Shown: one piece after another, positions 1 through 5,016 of the stretch
How positions within the stretch are numbered: position 1 is the first letter of the stretch
Layout: each line of letters begins with the position of its first letter
From: a virus
Length of the DNA: 6,081 nucleotides
Direction: 5' to 3' (one strand)
Virus record (IMG/VR): IMGVR_UViG_3300020040_000008
Span: 1-6,081 of that record
Translations under genes and position numbers: made by a program
The notes under the pieces: model-generated
Seen by the model: the letters and a program-made list of their open reading frames with translations, nothing else
What the model was told of the DNA's origin: nothing
Databases searched by the model: none

Positions 1-121
1 GAGAATTAGGTCCGGCTGGAGGCAAAGTCCGAGAAGCCACCGAGGAAACAGGATAGCCATCGCCGAGTGCTCCAGTATCATTAACAGAGTTGCGCAAATC
101 GGAGGCGATAATCTGCGGAAA
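1..121. repeat. Terminal direct repeat, copy 1; identical to 5961..6081 (overlap from linearising a circular genome)
   Basis: Base-by-base comparison: 1..121 (gagaattaggtccggctgga...atctgcggaaa) equals 5961..6081. The repeat sits at the two extreme ends of the window, and the capsid reading frame is continuous across the join. Confidence 0.95.
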
Positions 122-856
122 CAAATTAATCCTATTGTAAGTATTGTTAGTGGAAGTCACAGCCGAGGGATAAAACTGGCTTTCAAAGTAGGCATCCAAA
201 AACTCGAGATTTCCATAAGCCTGCGTAAAGAAACTCGCCGATGAGGAGAAAATCGCAATGTACGTAGTTGCGGACGAAGCCAACTTGTAAGACCACGAGG
301 CTGGCCAAGCAAACGAAAAAAGGCCCCACTGGGAGAAACTATAATAATTGCGGACGATATCCCAATAAGCAAGATACGTATCGGCATTCGCCCAAGTAAC
401 AGGAGCTGAGTCAGCAGGCAACGAAACAGTAGCGGGAGCTGTACTCGAGTTGTATATATAACCGGAATTAAATCGAAGCCACCTACCCAAAGAGTTAGTA
501 TAAGAATACGTACTGTTCCCGGTAAGGTCAGAAACAGAAGACACAGCGGGCACCCAATTCAACGACAAATCGTTCATGTCGAACTTGCTGCTATTCGTCC
601 GCAGCTCGGGGTGATACAGTTGAAGAGGCACCCAGAAACGATGCAAGCGAATGGTGTAGGGATTGAACGTCGGAACAGCAAGAGGGTTGCTACGAACGTC
701 AATACCCTGCTCGATAGAAACGCGATCTCGAGCATTAATAAAATCTATTCGCACAGGGTACAGAATACCCGGTGTACACGTAAAAGCCTTACTCTCGGGA
801 ACATCGTAACGAGAATAGCCGTTTACAACGTGAGAAATAAAAGGTTGTTTTCCCAT
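1..856 (-). CDS. VP1: Major capsid protein (Microviridae VP1 / F-type), N-terminal part. The full gene is join(856..1, 5960..5017) on the minus strand = 1,800 nt = 599 aa plus stop
   Basis: I translated by hand from the ATG at 856..854: MGKQPFISHVVNGYSRYDVPESKAFTCTPGILYPVRIDFINARDRVSIEQGIDVRSNPLAVPTFNPYTIRLHRFWVPLQLYHPEL... The frame stays open down to base 1. It runs in frame (856-97=759, a multiple of 3) into the LRNSVNDTGALGDGYP... sequence that begins the listed ORF 5017..6057. An in-frame TAA lies immediately upstream at 862..860. The N-terminal motif pattern (...R.H.FWVP...) and the ~600-aa size fit microvirus capsid proteins. Confidence 0.9.
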   Translation of the reverse strand, partial: MGKQPFISHVVNGYSRYDVPESKAFTCTPGILYPVRIDFINARDRVSIEQGIDVRSNPLAVPTFNPYTIRLHRFWVPLQLYHPELRTNSSKFDMNDLSLNWVPAVSSVSDLTGNSTYSYTNSLGRWLRFNSGYIYNSSTAPATVSLPADSAPVTWANADTYLAYWDIVRNYYSFSQWGLFSFAWPASWSYKLASSATTYIAIFSSSASFFTQAYGNLEFLDAYFESQFYPSAVTSTNNTYNRINLFPQIIASDLRNSVNDTGALGDGYPVSSVASRTLPPAGPNS

Positions 857-859
857 AAA

Positions 860-1930
860 TTAAATAATTAGTTGAAGTTTATAATGATCTATCCAAAATT
901 GAATAATATCCATATCTAGCCAAGCGGGGGGGTCAAAAGCGGGCATCTTCCGAGAAGATGCAGAAAAACGCATTATTTGCTTTTGCTCCCACGTATACGA
1001 CGCTCTACAGGATACGGCGGAATTGAAGCCGAACCGCTCAACGCACAGAGACACAATACGCTTAACCAGAGAAGACTTGCTAAAACGTGCATAAGCGTCA
1101 GCAGCGGCAATCGAACGCAAAGTCTCGTCTTCCGATTTGAGATACTTAAGATAGTATCGAGGGATCGAGTAATTATAATTGATACGCTTCGAAAAATCCA
1201 AATAAGACCACGACGCAACGCGAGCAGAAGGGCGAGGCATATAACCAAGAAAATCACCAACGCCAGCAGATACGAATTTTCGCGTATAACGGCGATGTTG
1301 GAGGAGGCAAGATAAAGGTGTAGGTTTTCCATCTACGGTAACGAATTTATCCGAGATTTCCTCGGGGTTAAACTGAATTTGTTTAGTAACATACTTAACG
1401 CAGTAACGAGCGCGTTTATGGGTAGCCTTTGCCAGCCACACAAAACCAAGGTCTCGAACGACAGCGCGAATAGTGTTATAGAGGACATTTGTGCCAAAGA
1501 GAAAGCCGTGAAAATGCAATCGAGGCTCATTTCCCGTCTCAGGATGAGTACCGAACTCTTGAAAAAAGGCATGTTTGAACGAATGGCCGAGTTTGTGCCG
1601 CAAACGCTCATTGAAACGACGGATGAATCGAGAGGGATCAAGCAAAGCTTCGTTGTAATACTTCGGAGCAATCGTTATAGTAATGAAAATAGCCTGCTGA
1701 TTATCAGCCTTGCAAGAGGCGAGCTCTCGCTCTAGGCGGACAAACCAGTCATTACGCTGACGACGCAAGCAGTCTTCACACTTTCCACAGGGAACCATCA
1801 GCCATTGACGGGCAACGTCCCAGGGACGAAGAGCTAAGGCAGACTTGGCAACGTCAGAACCATCACGACAAGGGTTCTTCTTATCGAAATAGCGCCGATT
1901 ACGTATCCATATGGGAGAAGAGCAAGGCAT
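860..1930 (-). CDS. VP4: Rolling-circle replication initiation protein (Microviridae VP4 / phiX174 gpA-like HUH endonuclease), 356 aa
   Basis: ATG at 1930..1928, stop TAA at 862..860. Cys cluster VPCGKCEDCLRRQRNDWFVRL. Motif I-like FITITI. HUH motif LHFHGFLF (HFH encoded at 1516..1508). Double-tyrosine catalytic motif YCVKYVTK (YCVKY encoded at 1405..1391), matching the Y-x-x-K-Y-x-x-K arrangement of microvirus Rep proteins. Confidence 0.92.
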   Translation of the reverse strand: MPCSSPIWIRNRRYFDKKNPCRDGSDVAKSALALRPWDVARQWLMVPCGKCEDCLRRQRNDWFVRLERELASCKADNQQAIFITITIAPKYYNEALLDPSRFIRRFNERLRHKLGHSFKHAFFQEFGTHPETGNEPRLHFHGFLFGTNVLYNTIRAVVRDLGFVWLAKATHKRARYCVKYVTKQIQFNPEEISDKFVTVDGKPTPLSCLLQHRRYTRKFVSAGVGDFLGYMPRPSARVASWSYLDFSKRINYNYSIPRYYLKYLKSEDETLRSIAAADAYARFSKSSLVKRIVSLCVERFGFNSAVSCRASYTWEQKQIMRFSASSRKMPAFDPPAWLDMDIIQFWIDHYKLQLII

Positions 1931-2130
1931 TAAAAAAGACTTTTAAGACAATCAAACTTAGCATAAGGGTTAGTGCGACGACAAAGAGCAAGATAGTCAT
2001 TCGCGGAACTTTCGTCGATAAACCAAGCGATAGTAACGCGCTTTTTGCCGCGATATGCGCCAACAGAATAACGAAGAGGGGCGCCATCAACAATAGGGGA
2101 AAATCTAAGTTTGAAATCGAAATTGTCCAT
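1930..2130 (-). CDS. Hypothetical small protein, 66 aa, translationally coupled to rep
   Basis: ATG at 2130..2128. Its TAA stop (1932..1930) shares one base with the rep ATG (1930..1928), giving TAATG on the sense strand. It is the first ORF after the non-coding block. I recognise no motif. Confidence 0.55.
   Translation of the reverse strand: MDNFDFKLRFSPIVDGAPLRYSVGAYRGKKRVTIAWFIDESSANDYLALCRRTNPYAKFDCLKSLF
1953..1985 (-). promoter_or_regulatory. Candidate Bacteroides-type promoter (-33 TTTG / -7 TAnnTTTG) upstream of rep
   Basis: On the sense strand, TTTG at 1985..1982 is followed by a 21-nt spacer and then TAAGTTTG at 1960..1953. The -7 box ends 22 nt before the rep ATG. Scanning the sense strand by eye found only three TAnnTTTG matches (also 2432..2425 and 3568..3561). 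This is the only one with a correctly spaced TTTG. Confidence 0.3.
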
Positions 2131-2198
2131 AATTTAAAAATATTACTCTACGCTTCGAAAGACGGTACTTTCGAGCGCGAGAACTACTACGTTTCGCC

Positions 2199-2240
2199 GG
2201 CCGACAGCCTCAACGGCTGGGACGCTGCGCGTCTTCGGCC
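2199..2240 (-). other. Perfect three-way junction: outer 6-bp stem enclosing two 5-bp hairpins
   Basis: On the plus strand, ggccga(2199..2204) pairs with tcggcc(2235..2240). Inside are cagcc-tcaac-ggctg (2205..2219) and gacgc-tgc-gcgtc (2221..2233), with single unpaired bases at 2220 and 2234. All 16 pairs are Watson-Crick, so the fold can form on either strand as DNA or RNA. Confidence 0.6.
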
Positions 2241-2283
2241 TCCATGGCTCCACTTCGTTTGAGATATACCGGCAAAGCCGGTG

Positions 2284-2323
2284 AATACAAAAGCCCACAG
2301 GAGAAGGGGATATCTCCTGGGGC
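2284..2323 (-). terminator. Rho-independent terminator-like hairpin ending the VP1-to-107-aa gene block
   Basis: Sense strand reads GCCCCAGGAGA-UAUCCCCU-UCUCCUG(U)GGGC, an 11-bp GC-rich stem, followed directly by UUUUGUAUU. It begins 46 nt downstream of the TAG stop of the 107-aa ORF. Confidence 0.55.
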
Positions 2324-2368
2324 CTAGTAAGTCAAAGGACTCTTCCACCGAGCGGGCGGGTCACTACT

Positions 2369-2692
2369 CTAGTGCCCTTTCCCTTCTTCTTCCGACGAGC
2401 TTTCATCATCAGGCAAATCAAAGTCAAACATAAGAACAAGAGTGTTATCGAAAAACTCAATCGCAAAATTCGGATACGAAATCAGAGCTGCGATCAAGCC
2501 AGAGATAGAATGATGCTCGATGTAGGGCGAATCAGAAACGCTGGAACACTCTACATACTTCGAAAAAGGAGCAACCTTAAGAGTATCAAGAGGAAGTGTC
2601 GTAAACTGACCACCTTCAAGACGGCCTACCTGGACAAGATCGATCTTAATAGCAGGATTAATACGACGAATAACAAGATGAATCTGTGTCAT
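2369..2692 (-). CDS. Hypothetical protein, 107 aa, with an acidic C-terminal tail
   Basis: The ATG at 2692..2690 lies 7 nt after the stop of the upstream ORF; stop TAG at 2371..2369. Sequence MTQIHLVIRRINPAIKIDLVQVGRLEGGQF...FDFDLPDDESSSEEEGKGH. The listed 133-aa version starts at a TTG (2770). In-frame ATGs at 2758 and 2755 would overlap the upstream ORF by more than 50 nt, so I prefer 2692. Confidence 0.5.
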   Translation of the reverse strand: MTQIHLVIRRINPAIKIDLVQVGRLEGGQFTTLPLDTLKVAPFSKYVECSSVSDSPYIEHHSISGLIAALISYPNFAIEFFDNTLVLMFDFDLPDDESSSEEEGKGH

Positions 2693-2699
2693 AATGATA

Positions 2700-3020
2700 T
2701 TATTTAAAATTATTTTGAAAGTCAGTACAAAAACGACGCCAAGCGAAGGAAACATCATACCAAAAGGCAAGGCCTTCGGGTGTGCGAGCGAATATGAAAC
2801 TCATAGAAACAAGATCGCCTATGCCTACAGAAGATGAATGCATTGCGCCTTGAATTCGATAACGAAGCACAGCTCGAAATGAGCTATTGCGTTTCTCATC
2901 AAACCCGCAGTTTGATCTAAAAGCAGAAAATACACCTCGACGACGAAGCCACTCGACAAACAGGTAATCTACAGCATCAACTGACAATTCAGAAATCGTT
3001 GAAACTTTAGTCTTTTTCAT
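2700..3020 (-). CDS. Hypothetical protein, 106 aa
   Basis: ATG at 3020..3018, stop TAA at 2702..2700, same strand as all the core genes. Basic and aromatic-rich (…FIFARTPEGLAFWYDVSFAWRRFC…). No family recognised. Confidence 0.55.
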   Translation of the reverse strand: MKKTKVSTISELSVDAVDYLFVEWLRRRGVFSAFRSNCGFDEKRNSSFRAVLRYRIQGAMHSSSVGIGDLVSMSFIFARTPEGLAFWYDVSFAWRRFCTDFQNNFK

Positions 3021-3100
3021 AATAATGAGGTTATTGGTTTACGATGTAAAAATAGGCAAAAATGACCAAACCGCAGAGTTCAAAAAGTCGAAAAAACTGT

Positions 3101-4381
3101 TCAATCTCTCTCATGATAGTTACGACGAGTATAGATGCTACCAGTGGGAGTTCCCGATGGGCCGTAAATCTCCCTCACTTCCTCATAGCCTTCGGGACCG
3201 GCAGGACCTGCGGCCTTGCGACCAACGTAGGAAGCACCGGCGATGCCTGCGGCAGTAGCAAAAGCCTTTGTAACATCATAAAACAGAGCGTTCTTGTTCT
3301 TGCGGATAGCAAACCAGTTACCAGACAGGCTCTGGCGACCTTCACTAAGATCAAGACCACGAAGATAAGAGTAATATTCGCGACCTGTAATCTCCTCAAA
3401 TTCTCCAGTGGGTTCACCCTTCTCGTTGACCAGGGGAACCCTTACAGGGGTTTCCCAAGTGACTTCAAACATGTGTTGCATATCCTTCTGCTGAATGTCA
3501 AGAATATCAGCATGAGAACGGGACTCACGTGCGGAGGCTTTAGCAGCATCGGCGACAGCGCAAAGATAGGCAAGGTTGGCAGCCGCAGACTGTTCGAGAA
3601 GAGGGATCTCAGCATCGTTTTCAGCACGAATACGCTTAGTGCGCTCAACCTGTTCAGCATAAGCAGCCTGAATGCGCTGGAAATCATACGTAGCAGCGAG
3701 GTCTGCATACTTATTGTAGGCCTCCTGATTGATAGCCAACTCGCCATAATAACGAGCGAGCGAAGACTGACTGCCAATGTTAGCTCGCTTTAGTTGCTTC
3801 TCGAGCTCGATAAGGGCCTGGCCTTGTTCCCTGGTGGGCATCTTGTTACGAATGTCATCAGCCTGGGCATTATCAAGATTAGCGGCAGCCTTATTGCGTT
3901 CGATAGTCGAATTAACACCCATGGCTTCGAGAGCGACACCTGCAGCAGCGGAACCAGCGCCAGGAGGCAGAGGACTGGAGAAGTCAAAAGAGCCACCTGA
4001 AGGGCCGGAAGCACCAACGGAGCCCGAAGAACCGCCAGACATAGTGGCATTGACGCCGACACCAGAAGAGCCAAGAACGGCAGCAGGCGTAACGCCGGCC
4101 TTGAGATAACGATCGAAGACTTTCGATGGGTCGTTATAGGCATTCTCATAATCAAACTGCTTTTGCCAGTTAGCATAGTTAATCTCACCCTGCTTCTGCA
4201 TCTGCTCCAAAGCGTACTGCTGTTGAAGCTTCATTTGTTTTTGCTGATATTTCCACTGCCTCTTAAGGGATGGCTTAAAAAGACCAGAGGCGGCCTGACC
4301 ACCAGCCGAAAGACCAGCGGCACCAAGTATAGCACCCGTGGAAACAGGCTCGACGTAAGACTTGAAATCAATAAGTCTCAT
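3101..4381 (-). CDS. VP2: Minor capsid / DNA pilot protein (Microviridae VP2, phiX174 H-like), 426 aa
   Basis: ATG at 4381..4379, stop TGA at 3103..3101. Gly/Ala-rich N-terminus (GAILGAAGLSAGGQAASG). Gln/Lys-rich predicted coiled-coil segments. The segment NDPSKVFDRYLKAGVTPAAVLG resembles the conserved ...AG(L/V)NPA.. segment of gokushovirus VP2. Long Gly/Ser/Ala low-complexity tract. It is the second-largest structural-type ORF, as expected for VP2. Confidence 0.75.
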   Translation of the reverse strand: MRLIDFKSYVEPVSTGAILGAAGLSAGGQAASGLFKPSLKRQWKYQQKQMKLQQQYALEQMQKQGEINYANWQKQFDYENAYNDPSKVFDRYLKAGVTPAAVLGSSGVGVNATMSGGSSGSVGASGPSGGSFDFSSPLPPGAGSAAAGVALEAMGVNSTIERNKAAANLDNAQADDIRNKMPTREQGQALIELEKQLKRANIGSQSSLARYYGELAINQEAYNKYADLAATYDFQRIQAAYAEQVERTKRIRAENDAEIPLLEQSAAANLAYLCAVADAAKASARESRSHADILDIQQKDMQHMFEVTWETPVRVPLVNEKGEPTGEFEEITGREYYSYLRGLDLSEGRQSLSGNWFAIRKNKNALFYDVTKAFATAAGIAGASYVGRKAAGPAGPEGYEEVREIYGPSGTPTGSIYTRRNYHERD

Positions 4382-4382
4382 A

Positions 4383-4574
4383 TTACGGAAGCGTAAAATT
4401 GTTCGAACGGATAATGTAGTCTACGCGAACAGTATCAATATGAACACCTGTTCGAGCAACCTTTGCCTGTGCAGAACACGAGGACAAGAAAAAGGCAGCC
4501 AAAGCAGCGACAATGGACGAAACGAGCGTCCAAAACGCTTTCGACTTATAAAAGGGTTGTTTAGTATCAGACAT
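4383..4574 (-). CDS. Small predicted lipoprotein, 63 aa (about 31 aa mature); alternative upstream ATG at 4685 would give 100 aa
   Basis: From the ATG at 4574..4572: MSDTKQPFYKSKA (Lys-rich n-region), FWTLVSSIVAALAAFFL (hydrophobic core), then L-S-S-C, a lipobox-like site with Cys33 encoded at 4478..4476. Stop TAA at 4385..4383, 1 nt before the VP2 ATG. The upstream 111 nt contain a GC-rich inverted repeat plus U-tract, so I favour the shorter start. Confidence 0.5.
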   Translation of the reverse strand: MSDTKQPFYKSKAFWTLVSSIVAALAAFFLSSCSAQAKVARTGVHIDTVRVDYIIRSNNFTLP

Positions 4575-4595
4575 GATAGTAGAATTTAAAGAACG

Positions 4596-4677
4596 ATAGA
4601 AAAATGCGCGGCCTCTCCTGCAGTCGTTACCAATAACCTTCAGTAATTCACGAACTCTCACAGAAGGGGTCCGCGCA
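4596..4677 (-). terminator. Long imperfect inverted repeat followed by a U-tract (terminator/attenuator-like) after the VP1 + 98-aa genes
   Basis: tgcgcgg (4605..4611) pairs with ccgcgca (4671..4677). The stem continues imperfectly (4612..4620 with 4661..4669, one bulge, 1-2 mismatches) around a 40-nt spacer. On the sense strand the 3' arm is followed immediately by UUUUUCUAU (4604..4596). Confidence 0.35.
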
Positions 4678-4707
4678 CGTAGCATATATCATCAAGTAAA
4701 GGATATA

Positions 4708-5004
4708 CTATTTTTCTTCAGAATTAGCAGATTTCGAAGCAGGCTTCGATCTATCCAACTCTGAGTCAATGAGTTCCTGACCAACCTCGAGACCGTCGAA
4801 CTTATCCATACGGGAGAAGGAATTAGGGTCAAAGTCGATCTCGGGGTTGAACTTTTCACCCCGATCGAAATCAGACGAGGAAGCCTCGACATCCGGGCGG
4901 CCAGGGAGAATATCGACAGAGCCAGAGCCATCGAGAACAGACATAATTCGCTGACCGCGAGAAACGTAAGCGGGAGCGTCTTCGAGTAACCAATCAAGTG
5001 CCAT
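4708..5004 (-). CDS. Hypothetical acidic protein, 98 aa (possible scaffolding-type protein)
   Basis: The ATG at 5004..5002 lies 12 nt after the VP1 stop; stop TAG at 4710..4708. 22 Asp/Glu against 11 Arg/Lys by hand count. No motif recognised. Confidence 0.6.
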   Translation of the reverse strand: MALDWLLEDAPAYVSRGQRIMSVLDGSGSVDILPGRPDVEASSSDFDRGEKFNPEIDFDPNSFSRMDKFDGLEVGQELIDSELDRSKPASKSANSEEK

Positions 5005-5016
5005 AGAGTCAATAAA

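Larger units (their letters stand above)
2131..2368 (-). other. GC-rich, hairpin-dense non-coding block (candidate complementary-strand origin / regulatory leader / structured RNA)
   Basis: No credible ORF in any frame. It is the largest gap in an otherwise tightly packed genome. GC of 2151..2364 is about 58% by hand count (125/214), whereas the gene junctions are very AT-rich. Stems: 2151..2161/2168..2177 (10 bp, one bulge); three-way junction 2199..2240; 2268..2273/2277..2282 (6 bp); 2293..2304/2313..2323 (11 bp, one bulge); 2345..2349/2355..2359 (5 bp, with a G-U pair on the sense strand). Confidence 0.7.

Noticed and set aside
973-1671. Same-strand nested ORFs inside rep (973..1332, 1333..1671), inside VP1 (157..387, 5184..5378, 5847..6041), inside VP2 (3175..3417, 3442..3777), and 1899..2093 over the 66-aa ORF
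   Set aside because: They have no independent start context and are alternative frames of well-supported genes. Lengths of 64-119 codons are within what these frames produce by chance. Only the two with clear membrane-like character were kept as low-interest findings.
2131-2156. AT-rich sequence at the edge of the non-coding block (sense GCGTAGAGTAATATTTTTAAATTATGG) examined as a possible dif-like XerCD site
   Set aside because: It shows only loose resemblance to the dif consensus that I remember (GGTGCGCATAA-TGTATA-TTATGTTAAAT), and the XerD-arm TTATGT core is missing. It needs a proper motif search against Bacteroidota dif sites before any claim.
2195-2225. GUCCCAGCC...GGCUG...UCGGCCGGCGAA on the sense strand resembles part of the HDV ribozyme sequence
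   Set aside because: The required nested double-pseudoknot cannot be drawn. The would-be P2 strand is consumed by its own hairpin, the L3 equivalent (GUUGA) lacks the CC needed for P1.1, and P3 and L3 have the wrong sizes. The similarity is a short GC-rich word match.
2406-2412. Sense-strand CUGAUGA followed by GAAA (hammerhead ribozyme core words)
   Set aside because: The two words are separated by only one nucleotide, so there is no room for stem II, and no flanking stems I or III are present. The stretch simply encodes ...PDDES... at the C-terminus of the 107-aa ORF.
3062-3793. 243-aa plus-strand ORF antisense to VP2, starting at an ATG in the VP2/106-aa intergenic gap; also plus-strand ORFs 977..1315, 1379..1735 and 2372..2707
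   Set aside because: All four are codon-aligned with the sense gene (offsets of 39, 117, 519 and 3 nt, all multiples of 3). In that antisense frame, stops arise only opposite the sense codons TTA, CTA and TCA, so long open antisense frames are a known by-product of codon usage. Microviridae are transcribed from one strand, and these translations are low-complexity with no motifs.
3777-4109. Plus-strand ORFs 3777..4109 and 3794..4000 opposite the Gly/Ala/Ser-rich part of VP2
   Set aside because: The region is GC-rich and low-complexity, so stops are rare in all six frames. The translations are Pro/Ala/Arg-rich compositional artefacts.
4575-4685. Longer start choices: ATG 4685 for the lipoprotein ORF (100 aa) and TTG 2770 or ATG 2758/2755 for the 107-aa ORF
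   Set aside because: The 4685 start would put an Arg-rich 37-aa extension in front of an otherwise canonical signal peptide and would translate through a GC-clamped inverted repeat plus U-tract. The 2770/2758 starts overlap the upstream ORF by 56-71 nt, whereas ATG 2692 follows its stop by 7 nt. Neither longer start is excluded; both are noted as alternatives.
4691-4697. Sense-strand ACTTGAT, identical to the core of the phiX174 gene A nick site (CAACTTG/ATA), in the gap after the 98-aa ORF
   Set aside because: A 7-mer is expected by chance at roughly this frequency in 6 kb. The same heptamer recurs inside the 98-aa ORF at 4993..4999. The Rep here is too divergent from phiX gpA to assume a shared origin sequence.
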